DNA from: a virus
Taxonomy: Duplodnaviria; Caudoviricetes
Virus record (IMG/VR): IMGVR_UViG_3300042458_003117
Span: 1-25,175 of that record
Direction: 5' to 3' (one strand)
DNA length: 25,175 nucleotides
This document shows, piece after piece, positions 8,232 to 16,445 of this stretch. Each line of letters opens with the position of its first letter. Within the stretch, counting starts at the first letter, position 1. The position numbers and the translations under genes were made by a program. The notes below the pieces were generated by a model. That model was given only the letters and a program-made list of their open reading frames with translations. It was not told where the DNA came from and did no database searches.

Positions 8232-10048
8232 GACTCCTCGTCTTGAGTGTCAACCCGTGCCGTGGCGATGGACTCGCGTCCGACGATTTTGAGCATGGTC
8301 GCCCCAACGACCTGAAGGCACTCCGCGTCAAACAGGTGATTCGGTCGTGAGCCAATCTGCTTCCACATCCAGTTGCCCTTTTCCTTCACCCGCTGCTCGC
8401 TTTCCAGCTGAGCGAGATAGTCATCCTCGATGTCGTCAGGCACTTCCCAAGTGGGGCCTTGGCTCGGGTCTTGATTTCGACGCAAACGAGCGAGCGTGTC
8501 CTTGATGTTGAGGTTGCTCCAGTAGTGTACGTGGCAATGCTGGCGATGCGAGAGCACGACCTTGCGCCGAGGTGAATAGAATCGCTGAATCGTTTTGCCG
8601 TCGCGTCCCTTGTGCGGATAGACCGGGCGACGGTCGCCAATGAGTGCTACCCAACCACGCTTCGCGCACTCGCGATACACATCGTAAGTTGCGTAGCCCG
8701 CATCCAGAAACACCAAACTCGAATGCACGCCGAATCGCTCTTGCATGACCTCGATGTCGGTGAATGTGAGGATGCGCTCGTTCCACATGAGACGACTTGA
8801 TCCGTCTGCTGACCATGAGCGCACGACCAGAAACAAGTGGTCCATCTGGCAGTCCACTGTGATGAAACGCAGCGGGATGAGTCCCTTGCGCTCGGGCAGT
8901 GGCGCGGCAAGAATGCGACCAGTCTTCGGATCGATCGCCGCCTCTTCTTCCCATGATTCGCCGCGCTTGTAGCCCGATTTGACGATCTCCAATTTGTAGT
9001 CCTCGACGTATTCGCGCCATGGCAGACCAAGGCGTTTTTGATAGAACTGCTGGAGCAGACTGACATCACCTTTCCGTGCTGCCGCCTTAGCACGCAGATA
9101 GAGCTCGGCAAGTTGCCCCCAGCTCATCGCGCATAGTGCGTTCCAGTGAAAGCCTACGTTCTCTGCCGAGGCTTTGGGATTCTTCTTGAGGAACTCTCCG
9201 GTGGCATTGAGTTCGCGGCGCGTGCGCTCGCCATCGTTGAAGTAGTGATTGCATGACTCACATCGCAGCGAGGTGGTGCGCCGGACTTCATCGAAATCCC
9301 ACTCCCCAGTTTCGTCGCGGGCCGACTTGCTCCACTCGACGCATTCCCACTTGAAGGGCTGGCGGTGACCGCACTCGGTGCAGGCAAACGTCCATTCGCG
9401 CTGGTCGGTCGTCTCGTGCTTGCGATGGGTGTCGTCATCCTCCTCGCCGCCTTGACTCATGAAGATGCACTTGCCCAACCAGCCGAAAGCGGTGACGCGA
9501 GCTTCCGCTTCAGCCATGTGACCTTGCGGCCAACGCCACGTTTCATCGCCGATGAGCCAACGGATCGAACGGCGTTGCAAGTTCGTCTTGTTGTGCGCTC
9601 CCAGAATCCAGAGCGTCATGCCATTGGTAAACTGGATCGCGTTGTTCTTGCGCTTATGACGGTGAACGCCCGTCGGCATCAGTCGTGCGACCGGTTGGCA
9701 CTGGTCGAAGAGTTTCTGTAATCGCGACTCGGAGTAATCGCGGGCATCCTCGTCGGTCTGATCGAGCCAGAGGGCCGGACCCGGGAGGTTGGTAATGATA
9801 TAGCAGAGCGTGAGTTCCGGGGCCGTGGTCTTCGATGACTGCACGGACGCAATGATCGAAACCAGCCGGACACGAGGATCGACCAACGCCTCCATCACCT
9901 CGCGGATCCATGGTGAGTTTTCCGAACGGAATCGACCGGGGTTGGGCGAATACGGAATCGCCTCGATGTGATCCTCACACCATTGCCAGGCGGGACGACG
10001 GTCTGGAGGTTGCCATGCTTCGCGCCAGATTTCTTTGAGCACATTCAC
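8228..10048 (-). CDS. terL: Terminase large subunit, GpA family
   Basis: PGRFRSENSPW, Walker A-like VQSSKTT, Walker B LIGDE, two CxxC pairs, nuclease TVDCQ and NHLFDAE. Start GTG 10048 inferred from the TTGACT box. Confidence 0.93.
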   Translation of the reverse strand: MNVLKEIWREAWQPPDRRPAWQWCEDHIEAIPYSPNPGRFRSENSPWIREVMEALVDPRVRLVSIIASVQSSKTTAPELTLCYIITNLPGPALWLDQTDEDARDYSESRLQKLFDQCQPVARLMPTGVHRHKRKNNAIQFTNGMTLWILGAHNKTNLQRRSIRWLIGDETWRWPQGHMAEAEARVTAFGWLGKCIFMSQGGEEDDDTHRKHETTDQREWTFACTECGHRQPFKWECVEWSKSARDETGEWDFDEVRRTTSLRCESCNHYFNDGERTRRELNATGEFLKKNPKASAENVGFHWNALCAMSWGQLAELYLRAKAAARKGDVSLLQQFYQKRLGLPWREYVEDYKLEIVKSGYKRGESWEEEAAIDPKTGRILAAPLPERKGLIPLRFITVDCQMDHLFLVVRSWSADGSSRLMWNERILTFTDIEVMQERFGVHSSLVFLDAGYATYDVYRECAKRGWVALIGDRRPVYPHKGRDGKTIQRFYSPRRKVVLSHRQHCHVHYWSNLNIKDTLARLRRNQDPSQGPTWEVPDDIEDDYLAQLESEQRVKEKGNWMWKQIGSRPNHLFDAECLQVVGATMLKIVGRESIATARVDTQDEES

Positions 10049-10075
10049 AGTCCTGCCGACCAAGTCAACAGCTGG

Positions 10076-10672
10076 TTAGCTCTCGTGAAGACAGAGGAGC
10101 ACCTCATCAATCGCTCGGCGGCATTCTCGCTGAATCCCTGTGGCATCAAGTCCCGAGAGAACCGGAGGCAATTCCGACTCAAATTTGGCTCGGAGGATCG
10201 ATGTCGCCTGGGCGACCAGCCCGATCCATTCGCTCTTCACCTGATGGATCGGAACGTATTCTCCCTTCTTGACTGCGATTCGCAGCTCTCGCTCCTCGAC
10301 CTCAGCGAGCAACTTGCGGGCCTTGAGTGCCTCCTCATTTCCGACCGGCACACGCCCGGCATTGAGTCCGCGTAGTCGCACGAACTCCCGCCAGTCTGCC
10401 ACTGGCCAGAGTCCATTGGAGAGAGCCTTGGGTGCCCCCTCCATCTTCTGCCAGTTGGTCAGCGTGCGGCGCGAAACCCCGAGAACAGCAGCGAGTTCGA
10501 CGAGGGTCTTGGCGTAGGCCAGTGTCTCAGCACTGCCGGCCGCCCGGGATTCGATGCGAGCACGCTCAGCCACGGTGAGAGGTTTGCCCGCGGCCACCTT
10601 CTTGACGATGTTTTGAAAATCCGCGTCGAGGATTTTCCCAGCGATGTCAGGGGATAATTCCTTTGTCTCCAC
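10076..10672 (-). CDS. terS: Terminase small subunit (Nu1-like)
   Basis: HTH (ELAAVLGVSRRTLTNW), coiled coil and KKGEYV upstream of terL; GTG 10672 aligns with the ATG of the paralogous fragment. Confidence 0.85.
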   Translation of the reverse strand: METKELSPDIAGKILDADFQNIVKKVAAGKPLTVAERARIESRAAGSAETLAYAKTLVELAAVLGVSRRTLTNWQKMEGAPKALSNGLWPVADWREFVRLRGLNAGRVPVGNEEALKARKLLAEVEERELRIAVKKGEYVPIHQVKSEWIGLVAQATSILRAKFESELPPVLSGLDATGIQRECRRAIDEVLLCLHES

Positions 10673-10696
10673 GCCCAAGAGGGAGTGTCAATCCAG

Positions 10697-11428
10697 CTAG
10701 CTGAGTCTGTAATGGACGAATCGTTGAATTTTCTGCATGCCTGATCCTACCAGTTCGCTGATGGGCCATACCTTGCTGATGTCGAGACTCCACATGGTCT
10801 TTGCCTTTGTCGCATCAGGACTCATGACAACCTCACGGAGTTCTTCCAAAAGATTAACGACATCTCGCTGGGAAATCCCTCCCCCAGCAGCGCTGGCCAG
10901 AAGATCTACTACGAATTCCCTGACGCAAAGAATCATGATATGGGCATGATTCACGTCGTTACGGTCACTCTGATCCAAAGTCACAACATTGCAGAGTTTA
11001 GCTTTCAATACTTTGATGGGAGCCAAAAGATGGACCACGAGTTTGCCAACCGTAACCTGGATCGCATCAGATAACTCATTCCGCGCAAGGCCTCTCACAT
11101 CCCGCAGCACTTCGATCTTTCGAAGGCCGTCGCCCAGCGATGCCTCGACGTAGCCAATAACGGGGCTCCGCGGCTCGGAATAGAAAACGGTGCCCTTGGT
11201 GATTCGCTTGATATGCTCCAGAAGTTCGCGGTTGCCTGTAATGTCAAGATCTTTACTCGTAAAAGGGCGATAGCGCGCTAATTTTCGTCCGATACGTTTC
11301 GAGTAATAAATGGCCCACGCATTGGCAGCCTGTCCTCCTACAATCACCGGGATTGGTAGGCCAGCTTCTACACCGAAAACGTCGGAATAGTCAGCGAGTT
11401 CCGTGGGCTTTTGGGTCATATCGCTCAC
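10697..11428 (-). CDS. Pol-beta superfamily nucleotidyltransferase-like protein (AbiEii/MenT-like toxin candidate)
   Basis: VIVGGQAANAW and TSKDLDI (GG...DxD) motifs; GTGA-coupled to a small upstream ORF. Confidence 0.7.
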   Translation of the reverse strand: MSDMTQKPTELADYSDVFGVEAGLPIPVIVGGQAANAWAIYYSKRIGRKLARYRPFTSKDLDITGNRELLEHIKRITKGTVFYSEPRSPVIGYVEASLGDGLRKIEVLRDVRGLARNELSDAIQVTVGKLVVHLLAPIKVLKAKLCNVVTLDQSDRNDVNHAHIMILCVREFVVDLLASAAGGGISQRDVVNLLEELREVVMSPDATKAKTMWSLDISKVWPISELVGSGMQKIQRFVHYRLS

Positions 11429-11619
11429 TTGGCTCTGCGATTTTTAACGTAGCTCGCAAGATTGGTGATCTTCATGGTGACTCCAACTGGAATGAAAGAA
11501 TTCTTTTCCTGAAGTTTGCGAGCGGAAACTTTACCAGTGCGAAGGGCACGGGAATCCTCGGCCCTATCCTTTCGGTGGGCAGCTTGTATTTCGAGGAAAC
11601 TGACCGTGTTGCGGCTCAC
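11425..11619 (-). CDS. Small basic protein, putative antitoxin partner
   Basis: 64 aa, overlaps the NTase start, has its own promoter. Confidence 0.6.
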   Translation of the reverse strand: MSRNTVSFLEIQAAHRKDRAEDSRALRTGKVSARKLQEKNSFIPVGVTMKITNLASYVKNRRAK

Positions 11620-11626
11620 ACGGAAA

Positions 11627-11655
11627 TATTTAGCAAAAATTTAGCGCGGAGTCAA
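11627..11655 (-). promoter_or_regulatory. Sigma70-type promoter of the NTase cassette, probably leaderless
   Basis: TTGACT, 17 nt ending TGC, TAAATA, 7 nt, GTG at 11619. Confidence 0.55.
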
Positions 11656-11658
11656 GGA

Positions 11659-11754
11659 TCATGGTTTGACTGCGACCCATCCGGCGAAGTTCAAGTGCCG
11701 CCAGAAGCAATCGACCGACGTGAAGCCTTCCTGATGGAGAAGTTCTTCGTTCCA
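11659..11754 (-). pseudogene. Duplicated 3' end of the CmoA-like gene
   Basis: Encodes WNEELLHQEGFTSVDCFWRHLNFAGWVAVKP*, 29/31 identical to the C-terminus of 13743-14465. Confidence 0.92.
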
Positions 11755-11965
11755 GCGTGCGCCGAGTGACGCCCATCACAGAGGCAAGCTCCACGAGTGT
11801 CTTAGCATAGGCGAGAGTCTCCACGCTACCCGCCGCACGGGATTCGATGCGAGCACGCTCAGCGACCGTGAGTGGTTTGCCCGCCGCGACTTTCTTCACG
11901 ATGTTCTGAAAATCGGCGTCGAGGATTTTCCCGGCTATGTCATGCGATAATTCTTTCGGTTCCAT
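11753..11965 (-). pseudogene. Truncated second copy of terS (N-terminal 71 aa)
   Basis: 65/71 aa identical to terS, then fused out of frame to the cmoA 3' fragment. Confidence 0.92.
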
Positions 11966-12115
11966 GTCGACGGCGAGGTGTCAAAATGAGTCGGGAAACA
12001 CGAAGCTAAAAGTGGCTGGCCTTTCTTACCCGTCCAGTTAGCAGAAGAAGTTGCGCTAAATAATGTTTGACATATCATACAAAATGTAGATTTATTGCTC
12101 AGAATATCAGTCATT

Positions 12116-12442
12116 ATGGGACGAGAAAATAGCACACTACTGCCCAAGCACGAGCGTCTCCTCGTCGATTTGGGAGAGAATCTTCGATTGGCGCGGCTGC
12201 GGCGTAAGCTGAGTGCCGAACAGGTCGCAGAGCGGGCGGGCCTCAGCCGCTCGACCCTGCATCTGATGGAAAATGGATGCGCCGGTATTTCGCTGGGCAA
12301 GCTCGTGCAGGTGTTGGCCGTGCTCGGACTTGAGCAAGATCTCTCCGCAGTGGGTAGCGACGATGTTCTGGGTCGCAAGCTGGAAGACGCTCGTCTCACG
12401 GAAACTCGGCGACGCGCGCCGAAAAGAAAACTTAAGCAATGA
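12116..12442 (+). CDS. XRE/HipB-like HTH antitoxin
   Basis: LGENLRLARLRRKLSAEQVAERAGLSRSTLHLMENG; ATGA-coupled to hipA; AT-rich upstream region with TTGCGC-16-TATCAT (12051-12078). Confidence 0.88.
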   Translation: MGRENSTLLPKHERLLVDLGENLRLARLRRKLSAEQVAERAGLSRSTLHLMENGCAGISLGKLVQVLAVLGLEQDLSAVGSDDVLGRKLEDARLTETRRRAPKRKLKQ

Positions 12443-13707
12443 GCAGGGAAATTGAAGTATGGGCCGACTGGCAGGAACTCGGTGCACCGATCCTGATGGG
12501 GCATCTGCGTTCCTCACTGACCCGAGGGAAGGAGATTTTTTCCTTCTCCTACAAGGGCGAATGGCTGGCAAGTGGTGCCGCACGGCAGCTCGATCCTGAC
12601 CTGCGACTCTTTGGTGGACCGCAGTATCTGAACTCCGCGGAACGACCGAACTTTGGTCTGTTCCTAGACTCGTCTCCGGACCGATGGGGAAGGCTCCTCA
12701 TGCAACGACGGGAGGCGGCCCTCGCACGCGAGGACAATCGTCCCGCCCATCGCTTGCAGGAAACCGATTACCTACTCGGGGTGCATGATGAGCAGCGCTC
12801 TGGTGCCTTGAGATTTAAGGAGCGCGAAACGGGCGATGCCTGGCTCAACAACGAATCCTCGATGCGGACACCTCCGTGGACATCCTTGCGCGAATTGGAA
12901 CAGGCAAGCTGGAAGATCCAGGACGCTTCCGCAAACGACGACCCTCATTATCTCGAATGGCTCAACCTCTTGATCGCGCCGGGTTCGTCGATCGGTGGCG
13001 CAAGACCGAAAGCCGGGGTCAGGGATCCCAATGGCGATCTTTGGATCGCGAAGTTCCCCGGACGCTCCGATGCTCGGGACATGGCCGCGTGGGAGATGCT
13101 CACCCACCAACTCGCAGTCAAAGCGGGCCTTCGTGTCGCGGAAGCCGAACTGCAACAATTCGGAAGTGGCCATCGGACCTTTATGACCCGCCGCTTCGAC
13201 CGGGTGCGGGGGAGCAACGGGACGCAACGAGTCCATTTCGCCTCGGCGATGACCCTGCTCGGGCACACCGATGGAGACAATCATCATGCCGGGGCAAGCT
13301 ACTTGGAGATCGTCGAATTTCTCTGCCGCCAGGGAGCCGCAACCGTCAGCGATCTTTCGGAACTGTGGCGACGAATCGTTTTCTCCATCGCGGTTCGAAA
13401 CACCGACGATCATCTTCGCAATCACGGCTTCCTGCTCACGGATGGCGGATGGCTTCTTTCTCCCGCTTATGATCTGAATCCCGAACCCACCGGAACCGGA
13501 CTGAGTCTCAATGTTTCGGAAACTGACAATGCCTTGAGTTTTGATCTGGCCATGGAGGTCGCTTCCTTGTTCCGGCTCAATCATACGGCGGCGGAATCCA
13601 TTCTGCGAGAGGTCAAGGGAGCCGTGGGAACCTGGAAAAAACAGGCAAGTGATCTTGGCATCGCGCGCGCAGAGCAAGAAATCATGGCGGCGGCTTTCGA
13701 AGCCTGA
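12439..13707 (+). CDS. hipA: HipA family Ser/Thr kinase toxin
   Basis: GSSIGGARPKA, WIAKFP, RRFDR, NTDDHLRNHGF and LSPAYDLNP motifs. Confidence 0.93.
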   Translation: MSREIEVWADWQELGAPILMGHLRSSLTRGKEIFSFSYKGEWLASGAARQLDPDLRLFGGPQYLNSAERPNFGLFLDSSPDRWGRLLMQRREAALAREDNRPAHRLQETDYLLGVHDEQRSGALRFKERETGDAWLNNESSMRTPPWTSLRELEQASWKIQDASANDDPHYLEWLNLLIAPGSSIGGARPKAGVRDPNGDLWIAKFPGRSDARDMAAWEMLTHQLAVKAGLRVAEAELQQFGSGHRTFMTRRFDRVRGSNGTQRVHFASAMTLLGHTDGDNHHAGASYLEIVEFLCRQGAATVSDLSELWRRIVFSIAVRNTDDHLRNHGFLLTDGGWLLSPAYDLNPEPTGTGLSLNVSETDNALSFDLAMEVASLFRLNHTAAESILREVKGAVGTWKKQASDLGIARAEQEIMAAAFEA

Positions 13708-13742
13708 GCCTATTTTTCGGTTCATCTGGATCGGATCGGGAT

Positions 13743-14465
13743 TCATGACTTCACAGCCACCCATCCCGCAAAGTTCAGATGCCGCCAGAAGCAGTCCACG
13801 GAAGTGAATCCTTCCTGACGCAGCAACTCCTCGTTCCAGTGTGCGGTCACCGGCACCAGCACACCTTCGAGCGACATCCGCTTGCGGTCGATCTGACTAT
13901 CGGAATAGCCATTCTCGCGTTTGATGTTGAGGAAGAGCTCGACGAATGCGTCATCGATCTTGGCAGTAGCTCCGAGCACTTTCTCCACGAGGATGAAGGC
14001 ACCTCCCGGAGCCAAGGACTCATACACACGACGCACGATCTGTTGGCGGTATTCGATGGGCGTGAATTGCAAGGTGAGCACTGCGAGAACTACGCTGGAT
14101 GTCACACCGGGGAAATCACGACGCAGGTCGGCAGACTGGATGGTGACGCGATTGCCGTGGGGATGGTAGGCGAAGTTCTGGCGCGCGGCCTCAATCATGG
14201 GCTCGCTGATTTCGAGGCCGATGTAGTCGTTGGCTTCGCCGAATTGAGAGACGAAGGGCAGAAGTGCCTGACCACGCGAGCAGCCCATATCAATGATGGC
14301 AGTGCCCGGTTGCACGAAGCGCCGGCCAACCTCGAAGGTCACCAATCGCATAGCGTTGTATTGTGGGATGCTGCGCTGCAGCATGTCGTCAAACACTGCA
14401 GTAACTTCCTGATCAAATTGCCATGCACCGCGTGGCACCACCTCGTCTCGTTGCGTATCGTTCAT
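13743..14465 (-). CDS. cmoA: CmoA-like carboxy-S-adenosylmethionine synthase
   Basis: WQFDQEVTAVFDDMLQRSIPQY, RFVQPGTAIIDMGCSRG, TLQF, PGGAFILVEK and KRENGYS..QI..KRMSLEGV follow E. coli CmoA over the full length, including the Arg199-equivalent. Confidence 0.85.
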   Translation of the reverse strand: MNDTQRDEVVPRGAWQFDQEVTAVFDDMLQRSIPQYNAMRLVTFEVGRRFVQPGTAIIDMGCSRGQALLPFVSQFGEANDYIGLEISEPMIEAARQNFAYHPHGNRVTIQSADLRRDFPGVTSSVVLAVLTLQFTPIEYRQQIVRRVYESLAPGGAFILVEKVLGATAKIDDAFVELFLNIKRENGYSDSQIDRKRMSLEGVLVPVTAHWNEELLRQEGFTSVDCFWRHLNFAGWVAVKS

Positions 14466-14481
14466 GCCGACGTGCTGGGTG

Positions 14482-14934
14482 TCAACGCGGCAGTCTCTTG
14501 ACGATACGCGTTCCCTCGGTCAGGCATGTGCCTTCGCTGGTCACCCAGAATGAGGGAATCGAGAATTTGGCATACATGTCCCGGGTCCGGGGATTGCTTT
14601 CGATGGCGACGTAGCGGGTATTTTCCCCGTGAATGGGAAACACATCTTTCTTGAGCAAATGCTCTTTGATCGCCGGTGGATTCCACCAACCTTGAGGCGC
14701 GAAACACGCATCCTGTGGACGCCACCCGGTTTGTTCTTCGATGTTGTCCAGCGTCTTGATCATCCAGGTGACTGGTCGGGCGGTGATGAGCACAACCGTG
14801 TGAGGCCGCACCAGTTCCACCAACCATTGCCGGTATTCTTCCCCAGCGAGACGTTTCTCCATGCGCTCAGGAGTGCTGCCGCGTGCTGCATTATTGGCGA
14901 CCAAAGTGTAGTTGAGATCCAGTAGTATGATCAT
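14482..14934 (-). CDS. HAD-superfamily phosphatase-like protein with atypical motifs
   Basis: IILLDLNYTL (motif I, DxN), LITAR (motif II), K (III), AIESN (IV-like). Confidence 0.7.
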   Translation of the reverse strand: MIILLDLNYTLVANNAARGSTPERMEKRLAGEEYRQWLVELVRPHTVVLITARPVTWMIKTLDNIEEQTGWRPQDACFAPQGWWNPPAIKEHLLKKDVFPIHGENTRYVAIESNPRTRDMYAKFSIPSFWVTSEGTCLTEGTRIVKRLPR

Positions 14935-16445
14935 AGGGTAATCTGAAGGAATTTGCTAAAAGAGTCCATGGCGCATTTTACTAAATCCATGCGTGTGCCA
15001 TCAGGATAGGGCAGATCAAACTCAAACTCGATGGCCGCGCGGAGTCGTGCGGGATCGACGGGACGAGCAGAGGCACAGGCCGCGTTGATGTTGTTGGAAA
15101 ATTCCTCCACCTTCACCGAGCGGAAGAACTGGCCGAAGAGATCCTTGAACTCGGAGACCGTGTGATACTTCTGCACCTTAGGTTTGTCCTGAAAATCGCC
15201 GATGCGAATGCCCGGTTCATAGTCGAGACGGAACGCGATGTTCCCGGCATTGCTCTCGTTCATGAATGCCTTGCCATTCACCTGACGCCAACCGGATTCC
15301 CCGGCGGAAGAGGCACAGGCATAGACCTTGGTGAAAGGTCTGCACAAGGCAGCGCACAGGCAGGCGATGTGTTCGCGGTCTTCGCGAAACGGCACGGAGT
15401 TGAGCACGCTTGCGATAAAGATGCTCGTCCACTCTTTTCCTGCTGCTACTTGCGCGAGGAACTCGCGGGTCAACTCCAAGCTCTCCGCTTTGTTGATGCC
15501 ACCTGGGCCGAGGCGATACGGCTCGAATGGTGTGCAATCGATGCCGGACTGGCGCAGCAGAAATGTTTCCGTCAGGTGACCAGCACCGAAATCGAGGATG
15601 GTCGTCCCATGCTCCTTCGTCCAGCGCGTGCGATCTACCGCGCGCGAAATGTCAAAGTCCTTGCAGGGCTTCGCGCCGTGCGTGGCAAAGATGAAGCCAT
15701 TGCCAAGCTCACGACGGACACGCCGTGCCCGACGGAACGAGTTGAAGCGTAGCATGTCGGCGTAGCGCGTGTGGATGTCGAAGTCCATCGAGAGCAAGTT
15801 CATCATGGCTCGTGCAAACTCGGCCTCCTCCTCGGTGACGAATACGACGGGAGCAAAGGCCGCACCTTTTTCCGCAAGCATTTCCAGACGACCGATACCA
15901 TTGATGACGGTCAGGTCCTCACGGCAGACAATCGGCATGAGGATGTTGTGTCGGTGCAGCGTGCGGGCGAGGTTGCGCGCATACTGGATCCAGCGACCGG
16001 CATTTGCCTTGCAGAGATCCTTGACCGCAACTTCCGCGGGCTTGAGACAGCGCAGGAATCCGTCGCCGCCGACTTTCTTGTCCGGGATACGGTCGGCAAG
16101 TGCGGCGATGTCGAGAGACTTCAGTTCGTTCGTCACGCGTCCGGGAGTGCTGTTGAAATCGAAGTCGTTAGTCGCGCGGTTGAAGACGATGTTGAGTGCC
16201 TTGCGCTGTTCGATGTCGAGTGCCTTGGTGCGGGATACGGGGACATGAGTAGCACCCATCCGCGATGCCACGAGGTGTCGCTGGTGGCCGGAGAGAATTT
16301 CTCCATCCGCATCCGCAAAGATCGGCGCAATGAAGCCGAGCTTGCGCAGCGAGAGTTCGATGAGGTCAAGTCGCTCGGCGACTGCCGATCTCGGGTTATA
16401 GGTCGAAGGACGGATGGCGTCGATGGATTCCAGGGTAATGTTCAT
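14931..16445 (-). CDS. ParB-like (x2) plus SAM-dependent methyltransferase-fold fusion
   Basis: YNPR...ILSGHQR and VINGIGRL ParB/Srx motifs; C-terminal ILDFGAG and SVLNSVPF. Confidence 0.8.
   Translation of the reverse strand: MNITLESIDAIRPSTYNPRSAVAERLDLIELSLRKLGFIAPIFADADGEILSGHQRHLVASRMGATHVPVSRTKALDIEQRKALNIVFNRATNDFDFNSTPGRVTNELKSLDIAALADRIPDKKVGGDGFLRCLKPAEVAVKDLCKANAGRWIQYARNLARTLHRHNILMPIVCREDLTVINGIGRLEMLAEKGAAFAPVVFVTEEEAEFARAMMNLLSMDFDIHTRYADMLRFNSFRRARRVRRELGNGFIFATHGAKPCKDFDISRAVDRTRWTKEHGTTILDFGAGHLTETFLLRQSGIDCTPFEPYRLGPGGINKAESLELTREFLAQVAAGKEWTSIFIASVLNSVPFREDREHIACLCAALCRPFTKVYACASSAGESGWRQVNGKAFMNESNAGNIAFRLDYEPGIRIGDFQDKPKVQKYHTVSEFKDLFGQFFRSVKVEEFSNNINAACASARPVDPARLRAAIEFEFDLPYPDGTRMDLVKCAMDSFSKFLQITL

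Noticed and set aside
11630-11965. 111-aa ORF as an ordinary gene
   Set aside because: It is a chimera of the terS 5' end and out-of-frame cmoA 3' sequence.
12772-13764. 330-aa minus-strand ORF and other long antisense ORFs (e.g. 3624-4337, 13779-14501, 15771-16541)
   Set aside because: They shadow well-supported genes in GC-rich DNA and have no recognisable motifs.
13743-14465. cmoA as a host tRNA-modification gene marking the prophage boundary
   Set aside because: No cmoB is present; the gene is embedded among phage genes and carries the phage TTGACA box.
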